From Candidatus Limnocylindria bacterium (GTDB lineage: Bacteria > Chloroflexota > Limnocylindria > P2-11E): 64,000 nt of DNA. The stretch spans positions 25,438-89,437 of the forward strand of contig JBGQFO010000002.1 in NCBI GenBank assembly GCA_041496945.1, in the 5' to 3' direction. Positions 8,748 to 18,587 of this stretch are shown in pieces (position 1 is the stretch's first letter; every line of letters starts with the position of its first letter). The notes below the pieces were generated by a model, which saw nothing but the letters and a program-made list of their open reading frames with translations, had not been told where the DNA came from and did not search any database. Made by a program: the position numbers and the translations under genes.

Positions 8748-9548
8748 GTGATCGCCGACATGCGCGCTCTCGTCACGCACCGCCAGCTGCTCCAGGACTT
8801 CGCGTGGCGCGAGCTGCGCAGCCGCTACAAGGGCTCCGCCCTCGGCTTCGGGTGGAACTTCGCGATCCCGCTGCTCCAGCTCGCGGTGTTCTACCTGCTC
8901 TTCGGCGTGCTCCTCGGCATCCGTCCGCGCACCGGGTCGGGGGAGCAGAACTACGCGGTCTTCCTTTTCGTCGGCCTGCTGCCGTGGACCTTCTTCGCGA
9001 ACTCGCTCGGCGCGGGGGCGATCTCGATCCTGGCGAACGGCGCGATCGTGAAGAAGGTGAAGCTGCCGCTGCAGCTGCTCCCCGCGGCGAGCGTGCTCTC
9101 GAGCCTTGCGAACTTCCTGCTCTCGATGGTCGTGCTGGTCGCGGTGCTCGCGATCTTCGGCCCGCGGCACCCCGAGGGGCTGCTCGTGCTCCCGATCCTG
9201 CTATTGATACAGATCGTCATGAACCTCGGCTTCGCGTACCTGCTGGCTGCGGCCAACGTGTTCTTCCGCGACGTGCAGCACATCCTCGGCATCCTGCTGA
9301 CGGCGTGGTACTTCCTGACGCCGGTGCTCTTCTCGGTCCAGATCGTCGCGGACCGCCCGACCGAGCGCGAGCTCCTCTACCTCAATCCGATGACCGCCGT
9401 GGTCGTCTCGTATCAGCGCGCGCTCCTCGACGGCGAAGCGCCGGAGTGGGACCGCCTCGCGTACTCCGCGATCGTCGCGCTCGTCATCTTCGTGCTCGGG
9501 TTCGCCTACTTCCGCCGCTCCAGCGGCGACTTCGAGGAAGCGCTGTAG
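8748..9548 (+). CDS. wzm: ABC-2 type polysaccharide (O-antigen/teichoic acid type) exporter permease, Wzm/TagG family.
   Basis: Six hydrophobic segments. The N-terminal LVTHRQLLQDFAWRELRSRYKGSALGFGWNF is the Wzm/KpsM signature region. GTG start. Confidence 0.75.
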   Translation: MIADMRALVTHRQLLQDFAWRELRSRYKGSALGFGWNFAIPLLQLAVFYLLFGVLLGIRPRTGSGEQNYAVFLFVGLLPWTFFANSLGAGAISILANGAIVKKVKLPLQLLPAASVLSSLANFLLSMVVLVAVLAIFGPRHPEGLLVLPILLLIQIVMNLGFAYLLAAANVFFRDVQHILGILLTAWYFLTPVLFSVQIVADRPTERELLYLNPMTAVVVSYQRALLDGEAPEWDRLAYSAIVALVIFVLGFAYFRRSSGDFEEAL

Positions 9549-9586
9549 CCCGCGTCGCCGCGTATTGGTCGGCGGCGCTCGCGCTC

Positions 9587-10114
9587 GTGACCCTCGCCGT
9601 GCTCGCCGGCGCCGCTTCGGGTCTCGACCGCGGCGCGCTCGACCTCGTTCAAACGGTGCGCGCGCGGTGGCTCGACGTGGCCGCATCCGCGATCGGCATC
9701 CTCGGTCAGGCGGAAGTGGCCGGTGGTGTCGCGCTCGGCCTCGCGGTCGCGCGCTACCGGCGCAGCCCGCGTGAGGCGATCGTGCCGCTCTTCATCGCGG
9801 CCACCGTGCTGGTCGAATCGGCGCTCAAGATCTTCGTGCCGCAGGCGCCACCGCCGCACGAGCGTGCGCGCACCGTGGAGCTGCTTCCGTTCTTCCTCCA
9901 GGTGCCCTTCGCGAACTCGTTCCCCAGCGGCCACGTCGCGCGCCTGTCCTTTCTCCTGCGCATCGGCCACGGCGTGCCGCGCTGGCTCGCGGTCGTGGCG
10001 GTGCTGCTGATGGCCGCATCGCGGCTCTATCTGGGAGAGCACTGGCTCAGCGACATCCTCGGTGGCGCGATCCTCGGGCTCGGCGTCGCGAACGTCGCAC
10101 GCCGAATGGCCTAG
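9587..10114 (+). CDS. PAP2 family (type 2 phosphatidic acid phosphatase-like) membrane phosphatase, for example an undecaprenyl-pyrophosphate phosphatase-like enzyme.
   Basis: PAP2 motifs SFPSGH and SRLYLGEHWLSD, with about 5 TM segments. The start is uncertain (GTG at about 9587 or 9599). The gene lies in the frame-2 ORF 8804..10114 just after the wzm stop. Confidence 0.6.
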   Translation: MTLAVLAGAASGLDRGALDLVQTVRARWLDVAASAIGILGQAEVAGGVALGLAVARYRRSPREAIVPLFIAATVLVESALKIFVPQAPPPHERARTVELLPFFLQVPFANSFPSGHVARLSFLLRIGHGVPRWLAVVAVLLMAASRLYLGEHWLSDILGGAILGLGVANVARRMA

Positions 10115-10413
10115 AGGCGCTTTGTGGTGCCCTCGAGGTCGCGACGATCGATGACCCGCTCGACGAATACGCCGCCGAGCGGCGCAGCGAGGATGCGCGC
10201 CTCATCGCGGGTGAGCCTGCGATAGATGACCCGGTGATCGCCGGTGCGCGCACGCCACCAGGGCTCGCGCCCAACGAGCGGGCGCCTGTCGATGTTCGCG
10301 GGACTTGCTTCGCCCGCGAGCGAGCGGAGCAATGTCATCACGCGGGCTCGTGTGTCATCGGGTAGCCGAGCGAGGTCGCGCCGCGCATGTCTCGATAGCT
10401 CGACGCGGCCCAC
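10111..10413 (-). CDS. Type II toxin of the RelE/ParE family.
   Basis: ORF of 100 aa with a HRVIYR motif. It lies immediately downstream of a Phd/YefM antitoxin with a 3-nt gap. Confidence 0.7.
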   Translation of the reverse strand: MGRVELSRHARRDLARLPDDTRARVMTLLRSLAGEASPANIDRRPLVGREPWWRARTGDHRVIYRRLTRDEARILAAPLGGVFVERVIDRRDLEGTTKRL

Positions 10414-10416
10414 CAG

Positions 10417-10755
10417 CTAGCGTTGCCTTTCCTTTGCGCGTCTCGCGCGCCTCGAACGGGCCGCCGCGGAACGACGGCGCGCCGTCGCGGCATCGCGCTT
10501 CCGCTGCTCCGCGAGGTACCTGTCCAGGGAGATCGATCGACCGGCGGCAAGATCCTTGTCAGCTTCGGCGTAGCTCTTCACCAGTGCCGGATCGTTCGCC
10601 AAGATCCAATCCTCGAGCTCCGTGGCATCGATCGGCATGAGCGTCGCCACGGGCTTACCCCCGCGGGTGATGATCGCAGGCCGACCGCTCGCCGCGACGT
10701 CAGACACGACGCGGCTCGTGTCGCGCGCGAGCTCGCGGATGTTCACGAAAGGCAT
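10417..10755 (-). CDS. Type II antitoxin of the Phd/YefM family, with an unusually long Arg/Ala-rich basic C-terminal tail.
   Basis: MPFVNIRELARDTSRVVSDVAASGRPAIITRGGKPVATLMPIDATELEDW matches the YefM fold. An ATG with a GGAGG Shine-Dalgarno 7 nt upstream on the minus strand supports the 10755 start rather than the 10827 start in the ORF track. Confidence 0.7.
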   Translation of the reverse strand: MPFVNIRELARDTSRVVSDVAASGRPAIITRGGKPVATLMPIDATELEDWILANDPALVKSYAEADKDLAAGRSISLDRYLAEQRKRDAATARRRSAAARSRRARRAKERQR

Positions 10756-10793
10756 ATCGGCACCTCCTTGCCCGCTTCGGGTGATGGGGATCC

Positions 10794-10805
10794 ATGTACG
10801 TACAT
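10794..10805. promoter_or_regulatory. Perfect 12-nt palindrome ATGTACGTACAT about 40 nt upstream of the antitoxin start; candidate toxin-antitoxin operator.
   Basis: Read directly in the sequence. Toxin-antitoxin operons are typically autoregulated through dyad operators. The palindrome sits in the divergent region between the TA pair and wzt. Confidence 0.35.
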
Positions 10806-10853
10806 TCGTCTGACATTGTCTCACCAAGTGCGAGGGCCAGAGCGCTGTCCGGC

Positions 10854-12065
10854 GTGACCGCTCTTGTCTGGCAGACTTCGCCCGTGGGTCTGGCCATCCG
10901 CGCCGAGCACATCTCCAAGACGTACCGGGTGCGCCGCGAGCGCACGCGCACGCTCAAGGAGTGGGCCCTGCGCCAGTACGGGCCCGCAAAGACCGTCCAC
11001 GCCCTCCAGGACGTCTCCTTTGAGGTCCCGGAGGGCGAGACCTACGCCATCGTCGGCGCCAACGGCTCGGGCAAGTCCACCCTGCTCAAGCTCATGGCCG
11101 GCACGTCGCGGCCGACCTCCGGCACGATCGCGGTGAACGGCCGGGTCTCCGCGCTCCTCGAGCTCGGCGCCGGCTTCCACCCCGACTTCACTGGACGGGA
11201 GAACGTCTACCTGAACGCGTCGATCCTCGGATTCACCCGCAAGCAGACCGAGCGTGTGCTGCCTGAGATCATCGGCTTCGCCGAGCTTGGGGACTTCTTC
11301 GATGCGGCGGTGAAGACCTATTCGTCGGGCATGTACATGCGCCTCGCGTTCGCGGTCGCGGCCCATGTCGATCCCGACGTGCTGCTCATCGACGAGATCC
11401 TCGCCGTGGGCGACGAGTATTTCCAGCGCAAGTGCTTCGCGAAGCTGAACGAGTTCCGCGCGAAGCGGAAGACGATCTGCTTTGTCTCGCACGACCTCGC
11501 GGCGGTGCAGCGCCTCTGCCGTCGCGGCCTGCTGCTCGATCAGGGGCAGGTCCGCGCCGAGGGTGAGATCGGCCGCGTGCTCGAGGCTTACGCCGAGGAG
11601 GTCGAGGCGAAGGAGCACCAGGCGATCGCCGGCGCCGCGCCGCGCGGCGATCGCTGGGGCACGGGTGAGATCCGCATCGAGGAGGTCACCCTCCATGGCA
11701 AGGGCGGCGAGCCCACCTGGGTGCTCCACACGAACGAGCCGTTCGAGGTCCGTCTCCGGTATGTCGCCGACGACGAGCGCGATGCCCTGTTCGGGATCAC
11801 GATCTACCGCGACGACGGGCTCGGCGCGTACGGGACCCACACCGCGAACGACGGCGTCGTGGTGCGCACCAAGGTCGCGGGTGCGATCTCCTTCTGCAGC
11901 GACCGCTTGCCCCTCCTGCCCGGTCGCTACGATCTCGACGTCGCGGTCGTCTCGCCCGAGCATCACACCTACGACTACCATGCGAAGCGCTACGCGTTCC
12001 GCGTGACCGGGCCTTCAGGTGAGCAGGGGACGTCACGCATCGAACACCGATGGGAGCTCCACTAG
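10854..12065 (+). CDS. wzt: Polysaccharide ABC exporter ATP-binding protein (Wzt/TagH family) with a C-terminal Wzt_C-like carbohydrate-binding domain.
   Basis: Walker A GANGSGKST, signature SSGMYMRLAF, Walker B LLIDE, H-loop SHD, and a C-terminal beta-rich domain of about 150 aa. The start is uncertain: GTG at about 10854 is chosen because the ORF-track ATG at 10794 lies inside the TA operator palindrome. Confidence 0.8.
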   Translation: MTALVWQTSPVGLAIRAEHISKTYRVRRERTRTLKEWALRQYGPAKTVHALQDVSFEVPEGETYAIVGANGSGKSTLLKLMAGTSRPTSGTIAVNGRVSALLELGAGFHPDFTGRENVYLNASILGFTRKQTERVLPEIIGFAELGDFFDAAVKTYSSGMYMRLAFAVAAHVDPDVLLIDEILAVGDEYFQRKCFAKLNEFRAKRKTICFVSHDLAAVQRLCRRGLLLDQGQVRAEGEIGRVLEAYAEEVEAKEHQAIAGAAPRGDRWGTGEIRIEEVTLHGKGGEPTWVLHTNEPFEVRLRYVADDERDALFGITIYRDDGLGAYGTHTANDGVVVRTKVAGAISFCSDRLPLLPGRYDLDVAVVSPEHHTYDYHAKRYAFRVTGPSGEQGTSRIEHRWELH

Positions 12066-13162
12066 TGCAGATCACCACGCCCGAGGCGCTGCGCGCGTCC
12101 TACGAGCGCATCTGGACCGTGTCGGACATGCGCGAGAGCGCCGACTACTACGCCCGCTGTCTCGATCTCGCGGGAGCACGCGCCGGGCAACGTCTGCTCG
12201 ACGTCGCCTGTGGCGGTGGCTACCTGCTCATGGAGGCGGAGCGGCGCGGCCTGGTGACGAGCGGCATCGACATCGCCGACGCCGCGCTGGCGAAGGCGCG
12301 CCGCTTCGCGCCGAAGAGTGACCTGCGCCAGGGCGACGCCGAGGTGCTCCCGTATGCCGACGCATCCTTCGACGTCGTCACCTGTCTGGGGTCGCTCGAG
12401 CACTTCCTCCGGCCACCGGTCGCGCTCGAGGAGATACGACGCGTCCTGGCACCGGGTGGCCGCGCGATCGTCGTCGTGCCCAACCAGTGGTTCGCCTACG
12501 ACGTCGCGCGCGGCTGGCTCGAGGGCGTGGGCCTGAGCCACGGCCAGGAGTCCGAGCGCTATTACTCGATCGCGCAGGCGCGCGAGCTCGTCGGTCACGC
12601 GTTCTGGATCCGTCACGACGAGGGCTGGAGCCCGCCCGCGGCGCTCGCGCGGTCCACGCGGCCCTTCCGCGGCCGCTGGCGCGGCGCCGCGCTCCGGGTC
12701 TACGGCTGGCTCCGGCCGCGCCTCCCGGTCGCGATGGCCTACGTCTTCGTCTTCGTGGGCTCGCATGCGCCCGACGATGCGCCGGCCGAGGTCCGCCCGG
12801 CGACGGATGCGGTGCTGCCGGGCGGATGGCACGAACGCGAGAACGGACACGCGCGCTGGACCGCCTCGCAGGCCGGCGTCTGGCTGCGCCTTGGCGCCAC
12901 GGTCCGGGCGCTGGTGCGGCATGGCGAGCCGGACGCGGCGCCGCTCGGCATCGGCATCGCCGTCGACGGTCTGACCATCGGGAACGGCAGCGCGCCGTCG
13001 GGCGAGTGGGCCGAGATCTCGGCCAACGTGCCGCCGGCGCTCCGCGGAACCGTGCAGCGTGTCTTCCTCGACTGCGCGCGCACGTGGTCACCCGCCGACC
13101 GCGGCGATCCGAACGACACGCGCGAGCTCGGCGTCTCGGTGCAACGCATCTGGAGCGGCTGA
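12050..13162 (+). CDS. Class I SAM-dependent methyltransferase with a C-terminal extension of about 170 aa.
   Basis: SAM motif I LLDVACGGGYLL and post-I acidic residue GIDIAD. The start overlaps the wzt stop (an alternative GTG at 12065 overlaps TAG by 1 nt). Confidence 0.65.
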   Translation: MGAPLVQITTPEALRASYERIWTVSDMRESADYYARCLDLAGARAGQRLLDVACGGGYLLMEAERRGLVTSGIDIADAALAKARRFAPKSDLRQGDAEVLPYADASFDVVTCLGSLEHFLRPPVALEEIRRVLAPGGRAIVVVPNQWFAYDVARGWLEGVGLSHGQESERYYSIAQARELVGHAFWIRHDEGWSPPAALARSTRPFRGRWRGAALRVYGWLRPRLPVAMAYVFVFVGSHAPDDAPAEVRPATDAVLPGGWHERENGHARWTASQAGVWLRLGATVRALVRHGEPDAAPLGIGIAVDGLTIGNGSAPSGEWAEISANVPPALRGTVQRVFLDCARTWSPADRGDPNDTRELGVSVQRIWSG

Positions 13163-13186
13163 TGCCGGCAATAGGAAGGTCGTGGC

Positions 13187-14222
13187 GATGCGCATCAGAG
13201 ACTTCCTGACGAACACCCTGAAGGCACGGACCGGTAAGAGCGGCGGAATGGATCTCGCCGCGCCGTGGGAGATCCCTCACGACGTGAGAGCGACGCCCGA
13301 CGACATCTTCTACTGCTTCCGCCTGCTTCTCGGCCGTTCGCCGAATCGGGAAGAGTGGCAGGGACATGTCGGGCATGCCGGCGGCGACCTTGACGCGGTG
13401 ATCCGCTCCTACATGAGCTCGCTGGAGTTCTCGAGACGATCGAGCGCGCTGCTGGCGCACCGCTTGAACGACCGCATCTCACTGACGGAGCTGGGCGGCT
13501 TCTCCATCTACGTCCAGGAGGACGACGCGGCGGTCGGTCAGCTCGTAAAGCGCGACGCCTATGAGCCGCACGTGACCGCGGTCTTTCGAGACCGCCTGCG
13601 ACCGGGCATGCACGTCCTGGACGTGGGCGCGAACATCGGGTACTTCACGATGCTCTCCGCATCGATCGTCGGATCATCCGGCAGCGTGACGGCCATCGAG
13701 CCGAATCCGGAGTGCGCAAAGCTGCTGGAGGCGAGCCGGCGCGCCAACTCCTTCGACAACGTCGTCGTCCTGCAGGTGGCGGCGGGCCGTGAGCTCGGGC
13801 TCCTCGTCCTGAACACCTCGTACAGCAACGCGATGACCTCGCGCGCCCCCGACGATCCCGCGGCGCTGATCGCAGCGATGACCGTTCCGAGCTTCCGCAT
13901 CGACGACCTCATCCCACCGGCAAAGAACATCGCTCTCGTGAAGATCGACGTGGAGGGCGCCGAGTACAACGCTCTACTGGGTGCGCGGGACATGATCACG
14001 CGCTGCCACCCGGCCATCATCAGCGAATTCAGTCCCGACATGATGCCCGGCATCTCGTTCGTCGACGGTCGCGGGTATCTGCGGTTCCTGCTCGACTTCG
14101 GCTACCAGATCTCCGTCATCGAGCATGATGGGAGTCTCGCCGCGTGTGGTGGCGACGCCGAGAAAGTGATGGACGCCTACGCGAAGAGCGGCGTCGATCA
14201 CATCGATATCCTTCTCGAATGA
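13187..14222 (+). CDS. FkbM family methyltransferase.
   Basis: VLDVGANIGYF and VKIDVEGAE motifs typical of Methyltransf_21/FkbM. ATG start at 13187. Confidence 0.7.
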
Positions 14223-15313
14223 CCGAACACGACGCCGTCGACATCGATGCGCTCGTCGCAGAGGTCAAGGAACGTGTCCGGCGCCGTCGCGCGTCGGGCG
14301 CATACGGCGCGGAGGTCGACGCGCTGCTCCGCACGCCCCTTCCCGGTGGTGGGCCGCTCCACGCCGATCGCCTGAATGATCCGATCGGCGCGCTCGAGGA
14401 CGTGCTCGGGACCGAGTATTACTACGACCCGCGGAGCCGGCGTCGCTGGCTCGGACCGGTCATCACCATCGCGCGCCGCGGCCTCATGTGGCTGCTGCGC
14501 TGGTGGATCGTCGGCATGCAGGAGCGCCAGGAGCGCGTGAACGAGCTCACGCTCCAGGCGCTGCGCGATCTGTCCGAGCGCCCGTCCCCGCGTTTCGGCG
14601 AACGCCTCGGCGAGCTCGAGCGGAAGTGGCGCCGGCACACCGAGGACGAGGTCGCCACGACGATGCGTCTTCGTCCGTTCGCCGAGCGCTTCTCAGGCGA
14701 CCCCGCGACGATCCGCGCTCAGGCCGTCCCCTTCGTCCCGCTCTTCAAGGGCAGGCGTCGCGTGCTCGACCTGGGCTCCGGACGTGGCACCTTCCTGCTA
14801 CTGATGCGGGACGAGGGGATCGGCGCGTACGGCATCGATCGTGATCGCGACCTGGTCGAGGACTCGGTCAGCCAGGGCCTCGAGGCGGTCTGCGCCGACG
14901 CGGAGGAGCATCTGCGCTCGCTCCCCGACCGCGGTCTGGATGGCCTCTTCTCGGCCCACGTGGCCGAGCACCTCGAGCCGGGCACGCTCATCGAGATCAT
15001 CCGGCAGGCGCGCCGCGTACTGCGCCCCGGCTCGCCCATCGTCATGGCCACGCCGAACCCGCGCACGCTCACGGTGGGCGCGCACACGTTCTGGCTCGAC
15101 CCCTCCCACCGCAAGCCGATCCCACCGGACCTCTTCCAGTTCTATCTCGAGAGCGAAGGGTTCGTGGATATACGCGTGACCACCTACGCGGAGAGCGGGC
15201 AGCGCCTCTCCGAGGACGTGCCCGACCCGACGGTCCGCCGGAACGTGCATCTCTTGAACGAGACGCTCTTCGGTGACCGCGACTACGCCGTCATCGGTCA
15301 CGCCCCGGCATGA
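14219..15313 (+). CDS. SAM-dependent methyltransferase with an N-terminal coiled-coil-like domain of about 180 aa.
   Basis: C-terminal half VLDLGSGRGTFLL ... LRPGSPIVMATPN is a class I methyltransferase fold. ATGA overlap with the upstream stop. N-terminal heptad-like segment ERQERVNELTLQALRDLSE. Confidence 0.6.
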   Translation: MTEHDAVDIDALVAEVKERVRRRRASGAYGAEVDALLRTPLPGGGPLHADRLNDPIGALEDVLGTEYYYDPRSRRRWLGPVITIARRGLMWLLRWWIVGMQERQERVNELTLQALRDLSERPSPRFGERLGELERKWRRHTEDEVATTMRLRPFAERFSGDPATIRAQAVPFVPLFKGRRRVLDLGSGRGTFLLLMRDEGIGAYGIDRDRDLVEDSVSQGLEAVCADAEEHLRSLPDRGLDGLFSAHVAEHLEPGTLIEIIRQARRVLRPGSPIVMATPNPRTLTVGAHTFWLDPSHRKPIPPDLFQFYLESEGFVDIRVTTYAESGQRLSEDVPDPTVRRNVHLLNETLFGDRDYAVIGHAPA

Positions 15314-16371
15314 CGGCGATCCACCAGTTCCATCCCACCCTCGCCCCGGGGGACGCGATCAGCAACCACGTTCTCGCGCTGGCGGCGCGCGCGCGCGAGT
15401 GGGGCCACGAATCGCATGCCTATGCCGTCGACGTGAAGCCCGGTGTCGCGACGGAGGTGCTGCCATACCGGCGCCTCTTTCGTGCGGTGAAGCCAGAAGA
15501 CCTCCTGGTGCTGCACTTCTCGATGGGGCACGAGGTGTTCGATCAGCTGGTCAAGCTCGAGGCGCGGAAGGTGCTCGTCTACCACAACATCACGCCACCG
15601 CGGTACTTCGTCGGAATCAACCCGCACGCGTCGGCGCACGCGCAGATGGGCCTGCGTCAGCTGCAGGCCATCGCGCCGCGCATCGACCTCGCGATCGGCG
15701 TGTCGGAGTTCAACCGCACGGACCTCGAGCGGGCCGGTTACCGGAACACCGCGCGGGTCCCGATCCTCATCGACTGGAAGATGTACGACGTCGCCCCCGA
15801 TCCCGAGGTGCTGCGGCACTGGGAGACGCGGCCCACGCTGCTCCTCTTCGTCGGCCGGATCTCGCCGCACAAGCGGCAGGACGAGCTCATCCGGCTCCTG
15901 GGGTATTACCGGCGCTGCATCGATCCCGAGGCCGAGCTCGTGCTCGTGGGCAACCACCGCGACCAGCCGCAGTATTACGAGCGCCTGACCGCGCTCGCGG
16001 CGCAGCTCGGCCTCGCCGACGCGGTCACGTTCACCGGTTCGGTGAGCACGGCCGAGCTCGTCGCCTTCTACCAGATCGGTTCCTGCTTCATCTCGCTCAG
16101 CGAGCATGAAGGCTTCGCCGTGCCGCTCCTCGAGGCGATGCGCTTCGGGCGTCCGATCGTGGCCGTCGACGCCGCGGCGGTCGGCGAGACGCTGGGTGGC
16201 GCGGGCCTGCTGCTCCCGCAGCGCGACGTGGCCGAGGCCGCGGAGGCGTCGTCGCTGCTGCTCGAGCGCGCCGACCTGCGCGAGGCCTACCAGACGAAGG
16301 CGACGGCCCGCCTCCGCGACTTCGACACCGAGGTCATCGCGCGGCAGACGCGGGAGGCGCTGGCGCTGTGA
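15310..16371 (+). CDS. Glycosyltransferase family 4 (retaining GT-B).
   Basis: EHEGFAVPLLEAMRFGRPIV, the E-x7-E region typical of GT4. ATGA overlap with the upstream gene. Confidence 0.75.
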   Translation: MTAIHQFHPTLAPGDAISNHVLALAARAREWGHESHAYAVDVKPGVATEVLPYRRLFRAVKPEDLLVLHFSMGHEVFDQLVKLEARKVLVYHNITPPRYFVGINPHASAHAQMGLRQLQAIAPRIDLAIGVSEFNRTDLERAGYRNTARVPILIDWKMYDVAPDPEVLRHWETRPTLLLFVGRISPHKRQDELIRLLGYYRRCIDPEAELVLVGNHRDQPQYYERLTALAAQLGLADAVTFTGSVSTAELVAFYQIGSCFISLSEHEGFAVPLLEAMRFGRPIVAVDAAAVGETLGGAGLLLPQRDVAEAAEASSLLLERADLREAYQTKATARLRDFDTEVIARQTREALAL

Positions 16372-18587
16372 GGCTGCGCGCGCTCCATCAATTCCACCCG
16401 ACGATCGCCTTCGGCGACGCCATCTCCAACGATTGCTTCGAGCTTCAGCGCCTCTTCTGGTCGGCCGGGATGTTCTCCGAGATCTACGCCGCGGATACAA
16501 AGGAGGAGCTGCGCGCGTTCACCCGGCCCGCCGCGGAGATCGACGCGGCCGCACGCAAGGATGGCGCCCTCCTCATCCATCACTCCATGGGCAACGACAG
16601 CGTCGCGGCGGTCGCGAACAGCCCGTTCAAGCGCAAGGCCGTCGTCTACCACAACATCACGCCGGCTTCGTACTTCGAGGGCATCAGCGACTGGAACCGC
16701 GATCACGCGAGGCTCGGCCGCGAGCAGCTCGCATCGCTCGCCGGGGTCTGCGAGCTCGGGATCGCGGACAGCGAGTTCAATCGCGCCGAGCTCGCGGACG
16801 CGGGCTTCGCGCGCACCGCGGTCGTCCCGATCCTCGTGGACTGGGCGTCGTACGAGGTCGCGCCCGATCCCGGCGTGCTGCGGCGGCTCGCCGACGAGCG
16901 AAGCGCCGTGCTCGTCGTCGGGCAGATCCTCCCGCAGAAGGCGCTTCACGACGTGCTGCCCGCCTTCGCGCGCTTCCGCGAGCGCGACGCCGGCGCTCGG
17001 CTGTACCTCGTCGGCTCCACGGCCATGTCCGGCCCGTACCTCGCGCGGCTGATGGACGACATCCGCTCGCTCGGACTGGACGACGCGGTCACGCTCACCG
17101 GCCGGATCTCGATGCGCGCGCTCGTCGCGTACTACCAGGCGGCGTCGGTCGTTCTCACGCTGTCCGACCACGAGGGCTTCTGCGTCCCGCTGCTCGAGGC
17201 CATGCGCTTCGACCGTCCGATCGTCGCGCACGCCGCGGGCGCGATCCCCGAGACGCTCGGCGACGCTGGGATCCTGCTCGCGGACAAGTCGCCCGATGCC
17301 GTCGCCGACGCGCTCGAGCGCGCGGTCGGCGATGCGGAGCTCCGGCGCGTGCTCGTGGCGAAGGGCCGCGCGCGCCTGGCCGACTTCACGCGCGAGAAGG
17401 TCGCGAAGCGCCTCCACGACGTTCTCAAGCGCGAGCGCTGGGACGTGCCGAAGCCCGGCCCACGCAAGATCGCGGTGATCTCGAGCGCGGAGCGCTGCGG
17501 CATCCACCACTACTCGAAGGCGGTCTGCGACGGCCTCCGCGCCGACGGCCACGACGTCACCTTCGTCGGTGTGGAGCGCGCGAACACCAAGGACCTCTTC
17601 GCGAAGATCGACCGGCTTCCGCTCCGGCTCGATGCCGTGCTCATCGAGCACGAGTCCGGCATCTTCCGCGAGGTCTCATTCGTGCGGGCGCTCTTCGGCC
17701 TGCGCGAGCGGGGCCTGCGGACGATCCTCTCGCTGCACGAGTTCGAGCCGGAGAAGTTCCACAGCTACCGGATGCTCGTCCAGGCCCTGGGCTACCGGCC
17801 GAACCGTGCCTGGCCGCTCGAGGTGATCCGCGTGCCGTACGTCGCGCTGAAGGTCGCCTGGCGCTTCGTGAAGTACCGCAGCATCGTCGCGCTCACCGGG
17901 CTCCTGCCGCGGCGCATCGTCGTGCATTCGGCGCGCTCGCGGTTCTGGTCGGACCTGCTCACCACCGACCGTTCGAAGATCCTGGACATGCCGCTCGTCG
18001 CGTTGCCGCTGGAGGACACGGTCCTTCCGAAGGACGCCGAGGAGAAACGCGCGCTGCGCCGGCGGCTCGGTCTGCCGGAGGACGCGTTCATCTTCGTGTC
18101 GCCGGGATTCTTCTTCCGCCGCAAGCGCTTCCTCGAGGTGATCTCGGCGACGCCCGCGGACAGCGTGCTGGTGCTCTCCGGGACCGCTGCCTCGTGGGAT
18201 CGGGACTACTTCGACGAGGTCACCGCGTATGTCCGCGACCGCTCCCTTTCCAACGTCGTCGTCAACACCGACTACGACACGCTGGGGGACCACGTGGCCG
18301 CGTCCGACTGCGTCGTGCTCTTCTACGAGGACATCTTCCAGAGCGCCGTCGCGGCGCAGGCCGTGTGGGCCGGACTTCCCTGTATCTACGCCGACATCCC
18401 CGGGTTCCAGCTGTACCGGGGGGCGGGCCTCTTCGTCCGCGATACCCATGGCCTCGCGCAGGCCATGCAGGCGATCCAGCAGCCCGATACGTACGCACGG
18501 GCGGTGGAGCAGGTCGCGGTCCTCCGTCATCGCCTCGCGCCCGAGCGGCTCGCGGCGCGCTACCTCTCGGGCCTGCCTCCCGAATGA
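16368..18587 (+). CDS. Two-domain glycosyltransferase: an N-terminal GT4 paralogous to 15310..16371, fused to a second GT-B-like domain.
   Basis: The N-terminal MRLRALHQFHPTIAFGDAISN mirrors MTAIHQFHPTLAPGDAISN of the upstream gene. DHEGFCVPLLEAMRF motif. 739 aa. GTGA overlap. Confidence 0.7.
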   Translation: MRLRALHQFHPTIAFGDAISNDCFELQRLFWSAGMFSEIYAADTKEELRAFTRPAAEIDAAARKDGALLIHHSMGNDSVAAVANSPFKRKAVVYHNITPASYFEGISDWNRDHARLGREQLASLAGVCELGIADSEFNRAELADAGFARTAVVPILVDWASYEVAPDPGVLRRLADERSAVLVVGQILPQKALHDVLPAFARFRERDAGARLYLVGSTAMSGPYLARLMDDIRSLGLDDAVTLTGRISMRALVAYYQAASVVLTLSDHEGFCVPLLEAMRFDRPIVAHAAGAIPETLGDAGILLADKSPDAVADALERAVGDAELRRVLVAKGRARLADFTREKVAKRLHDVLKRERWDVPKPGPRKIAVISSAERCGIHHYSKAVCDGLRADGHDVTFVGVERANTKDLFAKIDRLPLRLDAVLIEHESGIFREVSFVRALFGLRERGLRTILSLHEFEPEKFHSYRMLVQALGYRPNRAWPLEVIRVPYVALKVAWRFVKYRSIVALTGLLPRRIVVHSARSRFWSDLLTTDRSKILDMPLVALPLEDTVLPKDAEEKRALRRRLGLPEDAFIFVSPGFFFRRKRFLEVISATPADSVLVLSGTAASWDRDYFDEVTAYVRDRSLSNVVVNTDYDTLGDHVAASDCVVLFYEDIFQSAVAAQAVWAGLPCIYADIPGFQLYRGAGLFVRDTHGLAQAMQAIQQPDTYARAVEQVAVLRHRLAPERLAARYLSGLPPE

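Noticed and set aside
10756-10827. The longer 136-aa antitoxin ORF in the track, starting at 10827.
   Set aside because: The extension would run through the ATGTACGTACAT operator palindrome and lacks a Shine-Dalgarno. The internal ATG at 10755 has a perfect GGAGG Shine-Dalgarno and gives a typical Phd/YefM of 112 aa.
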